A stretch of DNA of 58,460 nucleotides from a virus. Taxonomy: Duplodnaviria > Caudoviricetes. Positions 36,419 to 45,372 of this stretch are shown here, one piece after another; the stretch's first letter is position 1; each line of letters opens with the position of its first letter. A model generated the notes under the pieces. That model was not told where the DNA came from. It searched no databases and saw only the letters and a program-made list of their open reading frames with translations. The DNA is taken from positions 1 to 58,460 of the IMG/VR virus record IMGVR_UViG_3300028840_003750, one strand, 5' to 3'. Made by a program: the position numbers and the translations under genes.

Positions 36419-37849
36419 CTAGCAGCCAGCCTCGGCGTCAAGTGCATCGCTTGCATCAGATCCGTCGCTGGTCGACCTATGGCTATTACCAGCATCAGGA
36501 TCGGTATCGTTACCAGCGCTGCGCTCAGTGTGAGTCATAGGCTGGCGCTGCTCGAGCATGCTCTTGTAGAGCTTTGGGTTGGTGCGACGAAGCTCCAAAA
36601 AGTTATCCTTTTCGGCAGGTGTGATCCTAACACCAACCTCCTTATCAACCTCAGCCTCGATCTCAGCCTCTTCCTTGGCCTTCTTGGCATCTGAGATCTC
36701 TTTCTCAGCATTCTCAGCTCGAGCCTTTGCCTCATCACGCTCATTTACCAGCTGCTCGTTCTGGCTCTTGTAAGCGCTGTTCTCAGTCTTCAGCCTCGCC
36801 ACTTCCGCATCTGCGGCTTTAAGCGCGGCTTTCGTTTCCTCAAGTGTCTTGTCGGACATATCCGCTCCTTGGTTGTTATCATCGCCGCGCACCGGCGATG
36901 GTGAGTCTTTTTGCAGATCATACGGCTCTGACCGCTCCCATGGCGGCTGCATATCAAACTGCTTATAGTGCCTGCCTAGGTGGCTACGCACGCCAGCTTT
37001 ATCAGAGTCTGGAATATTCACGCCACCGCGCGCACCTTGAATAGCATTTCCAGCTGCTATAACGCCTCCTCTATGGGTGCGAAGCTCGCCATCCATAACG
37101 TCATGGTGCGGTAGCTTGTAGCTATCAAACACCTCTGGGTTTGCGCTATCATACCATGTAAATGCCCGGCGATACTTACCCCAGTTGATACTATCTTCAC
37201 CGCCGGCCCATGCTCTAACACGCTTCTCAGCTGCTTTTGAATCCCATGTTCCAGTGATAACAGGGTACCCCTGGTATGGTACAACAGCTCTGCCAATGAC
37301 CACTACACCGTCAAGATGCTGCTTAATATACTCAAGCTCAGCCGATCTCTGCTCAGCCAATGCATCAGGGTTTGACCCAATCGGGGTAGCGCTTACCTCA
37401 AGCAACAGGTTGTCACTGAGCACAACAATGTCGCGATCGTCCCTTACCTCTCTACGGATATCGCGCGGCCGAAACCCTACCGAGACAGCTCTTTGAACAC
37501 CTTCAGCAAATAGCAACAGTACGCTATGTGCATGCTCATTAGCCTCCTTCGAGGCCATGATTATATCAAGCGCAAGCCGTGCTTGTGGTGTACCTTCGTT
37601 TTCTACCCGGTAGTTTTCACCCCTGCCTATGGGACGAGTATCTGGTTGAAAGATCTTGTTGTGGTTCCAGAGAATGACGGGGTTTGGACCGAACCTTGAA
37701 AAGTCCCAGATCTGCTCTACGATCTCATCATGCCCATCAATAGCCTCGGTTGAAGCAACCACTGGCACGCGTCGCTTCTTGACGTCAATTGCCTTGGTAT
37801 CGACAAGCAGATCTTTTCGGAAGATAGACATTTGATAATCAGCCACCAC
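36419..37849 (-). CDS. HK97-type prohead protease, extra domain and coiled-coil scaffold
   Basis: NPVILWNHN, PIGR, AVSVGF and LLEVSATPIGSNPDAL; C-terminal coiled coil. Confidence 0.9.
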   Translation of the reverse strand: MVADYQMSIFRKDLLVDTKAIDVKKRRVPVVASTEAIDGHDEIVEQIWDFSRFGPNPVILWNHNKIFQPDTRPIGRGENYRVENEGTPQARLALDIIMASKEANEHAHSVLLLFAEGVQRAVSVGFRPRDIRREVRDDRDIVVLSDNLLLEVSATPIGSNPDALAEQRSAELEYIKQHLDGVVVIGRAVVPYQGYPVITGTWDSKAAEKRVRAWAGGEDSINWGKYRRAFTWYDSANPEVFDSYKLPHHDVMDGELRTHRGGVIAAGNAIQGARGGVNIPDSDKAGVRSHLGRHYKQFDMQPPWERSEPYDLQKDSPSPVRGDDNNQGADMSDKTLEETKAALKAADAEVARLKTENSAYKSQNEQLVNERDEAKARAENAEKEISDAKKAKEEAEIEAEVDKEVGVRITPAEKDNFLELRRTNPKLYKSMLEQRQPMTHTERSAGNDTDPDAGNSHRSTSDGSDASDALDAEAGC

Positions 37850-37903
37850 GATGAACTACTGCTCTAACTGCGGCATCCTTTGACTCAAGAAGCTTTCGGA
37901 GAG

Positions 37904-38353
37904 CTACTGTTCGTTCAGGACCCTGTCATGTACCTCGCCTAACGACCTTGCGCCACGCTGGCCAGCTTCAACGGTAAGTGTCTGCCCGAGCACAGCCTTA
38001 GCCATCTCAGCGCCCATGAAGTCTGCTAATAGCTTATGAACACCCTTTGCGCCATCTGAGATATTGAATCGAATCAGCTTGCCATTGTCGTCAATCTCTG
38101 CGCATAGTGGACCCCAGCCATTAGCATCAATACCAAGTATGCCATTAAGAACACCTAGTAACCCTACACGATTGATACCATCATTAACACCAAGACGATC
38201 AATAGTATCTACTTGACAAGTAGGATGATCCGCCAACCTATTGTTACATGGTACTCTCGAGATTATGAGAGCCATGACAGCTTCTGAATCTGCCTCAACC
38301 ATCGAGTTGAGCCGCTCAATGATCTCATCAAGTGTTAGCTGTATCTGGCTCAT
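37904..38353 (-). CDS. Hypothetical protein ending in a 50-aa copy of a portal segment
   Basis: C-terminal FNISDGAK...EVHDRV matches the portal at 49/50 aa. Confidence 0.75.
   Translation of the reverse strand: MSQIQLTLDEIIERLNSMVEADSEAVMALIISRVPCNNRLADHPTCQVDTIDRLGVNDGINRVGLLGVLNGILGIDANGWGPLCAEIDDNGKLIRFNISDGAKGVHKLLADFMGAEMAKAVLGQTLTVEAGQRGARSLGEVHDRVLNEQ
37920..38068. repeat. 149-bp direct repeat of portal 38844-38992
   Basis: 7 mismatches, all within 37931-37960; 37961-38068 is identical. Confidence 0.95.
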
Positions 38354-38531
38354 CTTTGGTTACATATTGTGCAGGTAAATGATCTGGCAAGTAGCAAAAG
38401 AAGGCAGGTCCTAGCCCGATAGCACGATGCTTATAGCTACCACGATCAGCTGTCATGGTTTTACCGTATACTACCTTAACAGTAGCTACACTATCAGCTG
38501 CCTTGGTACCACTATCCTTCTTCTCCGCCAT
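38328..38531 (-). CDS. Hypothetical protein
   Basis: Overlaps the portal 3' end and the next gene. Confidence 0.55.
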   Translation of the reverse strand: MAEKKDSGTKAADSVATVKVVYGKTMTADRGSYKHRAIGLGPAFFCYLPDHLPAQYVTKDEPDTANT

Positions 38532-39922
38532 AGCGCTTTGCTTTCTTCTTGCTCAGAAGTCTCACCGCCAAACGAGCTACCACCTAGCAGCATATCTCCC
38601 TGCTCAGGCATTGGAATACCTAGCTTGTCATTCGGGTACCCTACTGGGATCTGCGCTCCTGCTTCAACAAGCTTCTTAAGCCCATCGGAGAAGCTAGACA
38701 TGTCAATGGCATCATCTGTGTTGAAAAAGAAAAGAGGCAACGGTGTCTCAGGTCCTCTGTTGAGCCATATGATCCACCTAATAAGATCCCGCATTAATGT
38801 AGCTGCCTGGCTTATAGCGTCATACTCTTTCCTATCTTTCCGTACCCTGTCATGCACCTCGCCAAGAGATCTTGCACCACGCTCGCCAGCTTCAACGGTA
38901 AGTGTCTGCCCGAGCACAGCCTTAGCCATCTCAGCGCCCATGAAGTCTGCTAATAGCTTATGAACACCCTTTGCGCCATCTGAGATATTGAAGCCCTTAA
39001 GGTCGATCTCCATGTCGTCACGAATAGCAGCAATCCCGCTAGTCGTCATACGACGCATCACATCAATAAGATCTTCTCTATCAGTTTTCCCGGCTGGTGA
39101 CGTCTTGTTCTTACCACCTGGGTATTTACCTATACGCCATGGCTTATAGGTAAGCTCACCTAGCTCTATCCAATCAGCTATAGCCCAGTTGCGAAACAGT
39201 GCAGCCCATATGAGACACCGTGCCAACCCTTCCCTGGCACGAATGTCTCCATTAACCCTGGGCAGATGGGTGATAAACTCACCCGGTTTCTCTGCTGTAA
39301 GATCGATCCCATTGAGACGATGACCTACTGAAAACGTATCGTTGAATACCAGTCTACCATCTATCTCACGAAACTCAAAGCGACGCTGTCCTATTGGCCA
39401 GAAGCCTTTAGGCATCATCCAATTGCCTTGCCTAATCCAAGCGATCTCACTAGTGGCATGACCGTGGTAGATAGAACCTTGCAGGTGGCTAATGGTATCA
39501 GTCAGGCCCTGCATATCCTGACCTTCGCCATTAGCTCTACCTAGTGCATCTTCGACTAGATGAGCATCACCTATTGCATCGTCTGTAGGCTCTTCATCTC
39601 GCTCCCTCCATGGTACAATGGTATAGCCTAAAGGAGCTAATGAATTCTCCCTTGTCTCAAGGATAGATTCAAGAGTACAGTCCTTTTGGCGAGACTCATT
39701 TCCAAGATCTACGATCCGATAGATGATGCCTTGGTCAGCCTCCCGGTAGATCTGACTGACCTGTGATGGTGTTAGATTCCCTCCTATCCTTTGCTGCTGG
39801 TGTGATAGTGGCAGATCCGGTACGAACCTGTCAATTGTGGCAGTGGCAGCTGCCTTAGCCCCACCTACAACCTTGTCACGCAGTGTGTCTATACTGCGCT
39901 GTATGAGCTGAGCTATACCCAT
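38486..39922 (-). CDS. Portal protein (Mu gp29/DUF935 family)
   Basis: GLARCLIW, W..LGE....PWRIGKY, AKAVLGQTLT and SLGEVHDRVR. Confidence 0.92.
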   Translation of the reverse strand: MGIAQLIQRSIDTLRDKVVGGAKAAATATIDRFVPDLPLSHQQQRIGGNLTPSQVSQIYREADQGIIYRIVDLGNESRQKDCTLESILETRENSLAPLGYTIVPWRERDEEPTDDAIGDAHLVEDALGRANGEGQDMQGLTDTISHLQGSIYHGHATSEIAWIRQGNWMMPKGFWPIGQRRFEFREIDGRLVFNDTFSVGHRLNGIDLTAEKPGEFITHLPRVNGDIRAREGLARCLIWAALFRNWAIADWIELGELTYKPWRIGKYPGGKNKTSPAGKTDREDLIDVMRRMTTSGIAAIRDDMEIDLKGFNISDGAKGVHKLLADFMGAEMAKAVLGQTLTVEAGERGARSLGEVHDRVRKDRKEYDAISQAATLMRDLIRWIIWLNRGPETPLPLFFFNTDDAIDMSSFSDGLKKLVEAGAQIPVGYPNDKLGIPMPEQGDMLLGGSSFGGETSEQEESKALWRRRRIVVPRQLIV

Positions 39923-39957
39923 CTGCTGTTAGCTCATTTGGCTCAAGTTGACAGTGC

Positions 39958-39992
39958 TTGACTCAGGCTGCGGCATGTGCTATTGGAGCCGT
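39958..39992 (+). promoter_or_regulatory. Antisense promoter of cassette F
   Basis: TTGACT(39958)-17-TATTGG(39981) inside GTGCTA, followed by GAAAACGGAAG. Confidence 0.55.
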
Positions 39993-40121
39993 ATGAAAAC
40001 GGAAGATTGCAAGACTTGGTGCGCCAAAGACTATGTTGGCTCTACAAATGTCTACCAAAAACCTGCCTTGATCGAGGTGGCTAAACTACAGCAAATCCTG
40101 GCTATCAACCAAAAGCAATGA
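39993..40121 (+). CDS. Cassette F 42-aa micro-ORF
   Basis: Hand-translated as MKTEDCKTWCAKDYVGS...NQKQ. Confidence 0.4.
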   Translation: MKTEDCKTWCAKDYVGSTNVYQKPALIEVAKLQQILAINQKQ

Positions 40122-41445
40122 TGTCGATCACATCGCCTGACTGATTATTAGGTGATCCGCCACCAGCAAGAGTAAGTGAGACTGCATTACCTGTGATCGT
40201 GTATGCTTCGTCTTGCGGCCGGCTCCGGTTCACCAGAATGCAGTGGCTTGGGGCAAAGGTAAAGTATGCCTGAACGTTACCTTTTGCAATATCAGCTGCC
40301 GTTAGAGTGATCGAGGTCATAGCGGCCGGAACAGGACCTTGCTCCTGACCTTGACGCATTGTAGCACCGTCCCAAATGTCAGTGCCGGTTGTAAGCGTTT
40401 CTGTCGTAGCTGTAGGAGTATCGCTAGGTGCAATACTACCACCAGCAGCATCAGCGCTGATAACCACAACGTCACCTGTGGTAACACCAGCACCAGCTAG
40501 GAACGTCTCAGTTACAGCACCGTCATATGTGATATTCGGAGCGTCAATTACTCCGTTCACAGCATTGATGAAGTTGGCTCGAGATACAGCCGAGCTTGCA
40601 CCTTGGTATACCCAGATATAGCCAGCGGTACCACCGGAAGGAGGCGTATTAGCATTGAACTCGTATACGTCTGCTCCGATGGTAACGGTATCACCAGCGG
40701 CAATCGGACCAGGTGCACCAAGCATCCTGATACGGTTCTGCATTGGCATACCAGGTCGATTACCACCTAGCTCTTGAGTAATACTCTCGAGATCATCTGT
40801 GGTGAAGTATTCCCCAGCGTCATCGGCTCCGAGCATACTTGCACCGAGACCAGTGTCATTGGATGCAAGCTCAGCAATTGTAGGAATCAGACGCAGCCAC
40901 CTACCATTAGCAGGAGTGTCATCTGGCACTCGCACATAGTCAGAGGCACCAGCGCTAGACGTAGCATCATACAGCCACAGAGAACCGTCGGCATAGGCGT
41001 CATCATCAAGCACAATGGCGATCTGTCCGTCAGCTCGAGCTGTAGCAGAGTAGGCCGTCTGTGCTGAGGTATCGGCGAACACCAGCGCGATCCTTGCCCC
41101 AAGGTCGGCCGTCACAGCCTCAAGGTCAGAGCCGGCAAACCGGTCCGCAGTGTCCGTCACAGCCACTTCATCAGCGTCCAGCCCGGCCGAACCACCGGGC
41201 CGCACAAGGTTGATCCAGCGCCCAGTAGCCGGCGCATCGTCGGGTACAAGCACCGTGTCGCTGGCTCCGGCAGTGCTCGTGACATCGAACACCCAAAGCG
41301 AGTAATCACCGCTCACAGCTGTGATTACGCCGTGGGCGCGGCTGTAGGCGCTCTTGTCCTGTGCGGTCAGTGCAGCCTGTGAGGCGACGGGAGACGCGAT
41401 AACGAGGCCGGTTGTGTCGTGGGTACGAGCGGTCGGAGTGGTCAT
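40105..41445 (-). CDS. Ala/Gly/Thr-rich virion protein with a duplicated N-terminal module
   Basis: LWVFDVTSTAGASDTVLVPDDAPATGRW and LWLYDATSSAGASDYVRVPDDTPANGRW. Confidence 0.7.
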   Translation of the reverse strand: MTTPTARTHDTTGLVIASPVASQAALTAQDKSAYSRAHGVITAVSGDYSLWVFDVTSTAGASDTVLVPDDAPATGRWINLVRPGGSAGLDADEVAVTDTADRFAGSDLEAVTADLGARIALVFADTSAQTAYSATARADGQIAIVLDDDAYADGSLWLYDATSSAGASDYVRVPDDTPANGRWLRLIPTIAELASNDTGLGASMLGADDAGEYFTTDDLESITQELGGNRPGMPMQNRIRMLGAPGPIAAGDTVTIGADVYEFNANTPPSGGTAGYIWVYQGASSAVSRANFINAVNGVIDAPNITYDGAVTETFLAGAGVTTGDVVVISADAAGGSIAPSDTPTATTETLTTGTDIWDGATMRQGQEQGPVPAAMTSITLTAADIAKGNVQAYFTFAPSHCILVNRSRPQDEAYTITGNAVSLTLAGGGSPNNQSGDVIDIIAFG

Positions 41446-41478
41446 GGCGGGTTTCTTTCTGTCAACTCGTGACAACCT

Positions 41479-41503
41479 GTGCTAGGCTAGAAGTAAAACG
41501 AAG
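41479..41503 (+). promoter_or_regulatory. Antisense promoter of cassette G
   Basis: GTGCTAGGCTAGAAGTAAAACGAAG; first 15 nt identical to 30835. Confidence 0.65.
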
Positions 41504-41537
41504 CCGGCTCTGCAGTGAGCCGAGGGAGATCTTTGAG

Positions 41538-41855
41538 ATGAGAATGGCAGATCCAGCTGTCCAAAAAACATACGATATCTGTCTAGAAGTATTAGCTGAA
41601 AGAGCTAGGCAGAAACGAAAAGGCTACAGCCCAGATCATGATGACGATCATGACGATGAAAGCCTATTGCAAGCTGCTAGATGCTTCCTGTTTGGAACAC
41701 CATATAGTAGAGTTGATCACAGAAACACAGAGCTAGCTGGACCACCATGGCCATGGGATCCTGTGTTTGACACCAGGGCAAAGCACTCTAGACGCAAACA
41801 GCTCATCATTGCTATGGCTCTGATCTGTGCTGAGGTAGAAAGGCTTGACAGATGA
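41538..41855 (+). CDS. Cassette G conserved-type phage protein
   Basis: ERARQ..KGYSPDHDD...WPW...ALICAEVERLDR motif. Confidence 0.75.
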   Translation: MRMADPAVQKTYDICLEVLAERARQKRKGYSPDHDDDHDDESLLQAARCFLFGTPYSRVDHRNTELAGPPWPWDPVFDTRAKHSRRKQLIIAMALICAEVERLDR

Positions 41856-42112
41856 TGCTAGGGAAACAGAGCGAGTTTCAGGTCGTCGCCTACGAACGGA
41901 AGTCGAAAAAACGATGCTCTATTAAGCTAATATATAAGCTCTCACAGCTCTGCTATGTTGACGTAGTCAAAAAAAACAACCGTGCAATCGCGATAGGATT
42001 CAATGAAGCTGGGGCAGCAGCAGGATATTCTGCTAGCAACTGGTCACAAGAGGAGATTAGCTCAGCTAAAGCCTATGCCGAAAGAATAGCAGAAGCGAGA
42101 TTGGTAAGGTAA
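41852..42112 (+). CDS. Cassette G hypothetical protein
   Basis: ATGA coupling. Confidence 0.65.
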   Translation: MMLGKQSEFQVVAYERKSKKRCSIKLIYKLSQLCYVDVVKKNNRAIAIGFNEAGAAAGYSASNWSQEEISSAKAYAERIAEARLVR

Positions 42113-42113
42113 T

Positions 42114-42365
42114 ATGACGATACGAAGAGAAACAGAGCTAGCAATCCAGCGATGGCACCACTTTCGTCTGCTTGACGTGGACAATACCAAAGCAGGCCTA
42201 GAGTCTGGCTCTGGAACTACAACCACAGATGGCAAGCTGTTTATTGGCTATAGGTTCTACCGTATAATAGCAAACATGCTATGTCGCCCGAAAAACTCGC
42301 TAGAGCAAGCAACTGTTGACATGCTAGAAGCAATGGCAAAGGAGTACGACAATGCCAAAGGTTGA
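42114..42365 (+). CDS. Cassette G hypothetical protein
   Basis: AAGG RBS. Confidence 0.65.
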   Translation: MTIRRETELAIQRWHHFRLLDVDNTKAGLESGSGTTTTDGKLFIGYRFYRIIANMLCRPKNSLEQATVDMLEAMAKEYDNAKG

Positions 42366-42552
42366 GATCAATCTAACCGAATATGAGCATCATAAGCTCA
42401 TATTGATAGCAGCTGCTAAAAGCAAAGATGGTAAAACCGTAACAGTTGAGCAATGCGTCAAAGCATTCGCTCGAAGCTGTCAACCTGGTGGTGGACCTAA
42501 ACCTTGGAAACATCCTATGGTAAAAGCAAATGAGAGAGTAGCTTATGAATAA
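42352..42552 (+). CDS. Cassette G ribbon-helix-helix-like protein
   Basis: MPKVEINLTEYEHHKLILIAA...TVEQCVKAFAR; AAGGAG RBS. Confidence 0.6.
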   Translation: MPKVEINLTEYEHHKLILIAAAKSKDGKTVTVEQCVKAFARSCQPGGGPKPWKHPMVKANERVAYE

Positions 42553-42750
42553 GGTTATCGAATGCTCTGAATGTAATAATCTGCTGCATGGTGGAATGAT
42601 CCACAACGAGGACCACATACGCTATATAGATGCACTACATGTGACTATCTGCTAGCTTACCCTAGCGGTGTCTTTGCTCACAGTGAAAAGGTATGCTGGA
42701 CGTGTATACACTGGGGATCGCCAGATGATAGAATTTGCAAAGCGATGTAA
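42545..42750 (+). pseudogene. Possibly frameshifted zinc-finger gene
   Basis: MNKVIECSEC in one frame, SAAWWND...RCTTC...CWTC in another, switching near 42578. Confidence 0.35.
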
Positions 42751-43051
42751 GCTATGCAAAACATTTTCATGGCGTTATGCGGAATACTGTCCACGATACA
42801 GATGCTACGGTGAGCTAATAGACATTATTGTCAAGCGGTATCGAGTATTAAAGCTTACTGAGTTTCCACCTGGCTGGAAACAGTTTAACGGCAGATGGCC
42901 AGCTGAGTGGGTTGAGCTACCAGAATCCCCTCACAACATCCCAACGACGTTGCCAACCATGAGCAAAGACAACTCTTGCCCAAGACGTGCTCCTATATGC
43001 TTCGGAGAAGAGGAAACAAGCTTATACCAAGGAGCGAGACAGAAGCGATAA
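42725..43051 (+). CDS. Cassette G Cys-rich protein
   Basis: CKLC...CPRYRC. Confidence 0.6.
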   Translation: MIEFAKRCKLCKTFSWRYAEYCPRYRCYGELIDIIVKRYRVLKLTEFPPGWKQFNGRWPAEWVELPESPHNIPTTLPTMSKDNSCPRRAPICFGEEETSLYQGARQKR

Positions 43052-43053
43052 AG

Positions 43054-43509
43054 ATGCCTAAATGCCACTGCGGTGGACGAGTAGTCGCGAGACCCACTAC
43101 GAATATGTTGAAACAGATCTTTGGGATAGATAAAATGGGAGCAGCTAGATACTACACATGTAGTTGGTGCGGTGTTAGAATTGACAAGGTGGAAGGCGAG
43201 CTTTCAGACTATGAGCTGCCTGAGCCAGCTGATTGGAGGATTTACTCTATACAAGATCTTGTTAGAGCACACCAATTTGGACGTTGCCCAGGACGCCAAG
43301 AATCTAAAAACCGCTACAAGTCTAGCTTGCTTGATCAGATTGAGTCATACGCTGCAGAGATTGGTCAGCATGCATCAATAGCTAACGGAGAGCCAAAGCG
43401 CAAACTGATAGCACTACGTCGAAAGGCGAAGCTAGCAGGTGTAAGCATTAGAGATATTGGTAACGCCACATCTAAAGGATGGGGAAAGCACTCTGGATTA
43501 GTATGCTAA
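43054..43509 (+). CDS. Cassette G zinc-ribbon plus helical domain protein
   Basis: CHCGG...CSWCG; the C-terminus resembles 9680-10054. Confidence 0.7.
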   Translation: MPKCHCGGRVVARPTTNMLKQIFGIDKMGAARYYTCSWCGVRIDKVEGELSDYELPEPADWRIYSIQDLVRAHQFGRCPGRQESKNRYKSSLLDQIESYAAEIGQHASIANGEPKRKLIALRRKAKLAGVSIRDIGNATSKGWGKHSGLVC

Positions 43510-43566
43510 CCGAATCCCCTACCAGGCGACCGTGAGTTTGAGATTGCTAAACAGACTGTTGAGCTA

Positions 43567-45198
43567 TCAACCAAAGCCACGACCACAATCCCAGCGTAAT
43601 CCACCATCAGCAACAGGCTGATTCTCAGGTGTCTCAGCGGCCAGCTCACCAGCACCGCTTGGGCTATACACAGCCAAGCATAGTGCATCTGCAAAGTCAG
43701 GTGACCAGCCCAAGCGCTTCTTGATCTCTTTCTTCCCCTCTAGCTTGATCCTACCATGCCGATCAAAGTCATACTTCGGAGCTATCAGCTCTCTATGGAG
43801 TATGTCATGCTCAGGTATGGCTCCAGTTTTCAACCATTCTGCGCACTCAAACCATAGCTCTGTGCGAAGGTTGAAGTACTCTGCTTCGTTGTAGGCAACC
43901 TCGGCTACGTTGATCTCGACTACCTCAACAAGAGGATAGCCTCTTTCGTCTCTTGCATAGTGTAGAAAGTCAGCTACACCTGCACCGTAGCCTATAACGT
44001 CAATCTTGACTAATGGGATTTGCTCTCCCTTGACGTGGAAGCGTCTGGCAAGGGACAGTAGCATTCCCCCGACTTGGTATGAGTCATATCCAGAGACTGA
44101 CTCAATGCCATTCCCTCGATCATCGCGCAAGACAGTCTTGCCGCGGCGAGCAACACCAACGCTGTTATCATCGCCGAAGCGAGCAATATCCGCTCCAAGC
44201 TCGAGCCTGTCTTCTTGGTCATACGCTAAAGAGACGTGTACATCAGAGCTATGGCTCCGACTAGAATTATCCAAAAGTATCGATCTACGAATGTCTGTCG
44301 GTTCATGCCAATCCTTGAAGCGCTCCACAGCTTGTTCAACTAGTCCAAGCTTGATTACAGTCCTAGCGTCCTGAGATGGGAAGTTGCCCTTTACCCTCAC
44401 CTGTGTGCGAGGATCATTTTCACCCCATGCCTCTATGCGCTCATCAACCCAATATTTAGTAGCAAGCCCAGGAATAACGACTTTGCTTGCCTTAACGTTT
44501 GGGCTATCCTCGCTTGAGATATGATATGTGTTCCAGGCTGCTTTCTGAGAGTGAAAGGCATCGAAGAAAGTTCCACTGACCTGAGTTGGATTGCCAAACA
44601 TAACGACCTTAGCAATGCTAATGTCGCTGTCTGACCCTCCGGCTAGGTTGCCTTCTATTGCTTCAAAGATCTCCTCTGGAACACCGCTTGCCTCGTCAAT
44701 GAGAAACAGTATAGCCGATCCTGAGAAGCCTCCGAAGTTCTCTGTTTGGTCTGTTGAGAAACAGCAGACGTCCCTACCGTCTGGCCATTCAATACCAGTG
44801 TTAGGGCTCTTTGCCACATGAGGCAGCTGATACTTTCCGCGCCGCCTAGCTCTGCCCTTAAGCGCTCTTACCTCTCGCCATAGGATCTTTTCTACCTGGC
44901 GATGAGAGCTGCTTGTACCTATAACCCTGCCATTAGGAAAGCAGATTGGAAACCAGTATGCTAACAGTGAAGCTGTGTTGGTCTTTGAGACCTTATGACC
45001 TGAGCGCCATGCTACCCTATCGTGCTTAGCTACAGCGCGAAGCACCATAGCTTGCTTGTCCCATGCTTTGATCCCAAAGACATCAAAGGCAAACTTGACT
45101 GGGTCAGCTCTCCACTCTGCTAGCTCTGTCTCTTCCTGCTCTTCTTGCTCCAGTCGACGGAGCATTAGCTCGGCAGCGCTTAGCCCTTGAGCTATCAT
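43567..45198 (-). CDS. terL: Terminase large subunit
   Basis: Walker A variant SGHKVSKT, Walker B FLIDEASG, GNP, GADIARFGDD and SPDFADAL. Confidence 0.95.
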   Translation of the reverse strand: MIAQGLSAAELMLRRLEQEEQEETELAEWRADPVKFAFDVFGIKAWDKQAMVLRAVAKHDRVAWRSGHKVSKTNTASLLAYWFPICFPNGRVIGTSSSHRQVEKILWREVRALKGRARRRGKYQLPHVAKSPNTGIEWPDGRDVCCFSTDQTENFGGFSGSAILFLIDEASGVPEEIFEAIEGNLAGGSDSDISIAKVVMFGNPTQVSGTFFDAFHSQKAAWNTYHISSEDSPNVKASKVVIPGLATKYWVDERIEAWGENDPRTQVRVKGNFPSQDARTVIKLGLVEQAVERFKDWHEPTDIRRSILLDNSSRSHSSDVHVSLAYDQEDRLELGADIARFGDDNSVGVARRGKTVLRDDRGNGIESVSGYDSYQVGGMLLSLARRFHVKGEQIPLVKIDVIGYGAGVADFLHYARDERGYPLVEVVEINVAEVAYNEAEYFNLRTELWFECAEWLKTGAIPEHDILHRELIAPKYDFDRHGRIKLEGKKEIKKRLGWSPDFADALCLAVYSPSGAGELAAETPENQPVADGGLRWDCGRGFG

Positions 45199-45372
45199 AA
45201 AAGAAACTTGGGTGGGCTGACTTTCAAACGGAGATCTGGAAGAACCAAAACCCTAAGCCAGCTCCCCAAGCTTCCTGCAATTCTGCACAATCACTGTAGC
45301 CTTGCTAGGATTGCACAGGGGTTGTAATCTACCACATAGACACCATGTCAACGTGGTTGTTGGTCGACCGCG

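Noticed and set aside
37920-38992. TR/VR pair of a diversity-generating retroelement
   Set aside because: Mismatches are not adenine-specific and are nearly all synonymous, and no reverse transcriptase is present.
22829-39922. Transposable Mu-like phage
   Set aside because: Only the virion genes are Mu-like; no MuA/MuB or host-DNA ends are seen.
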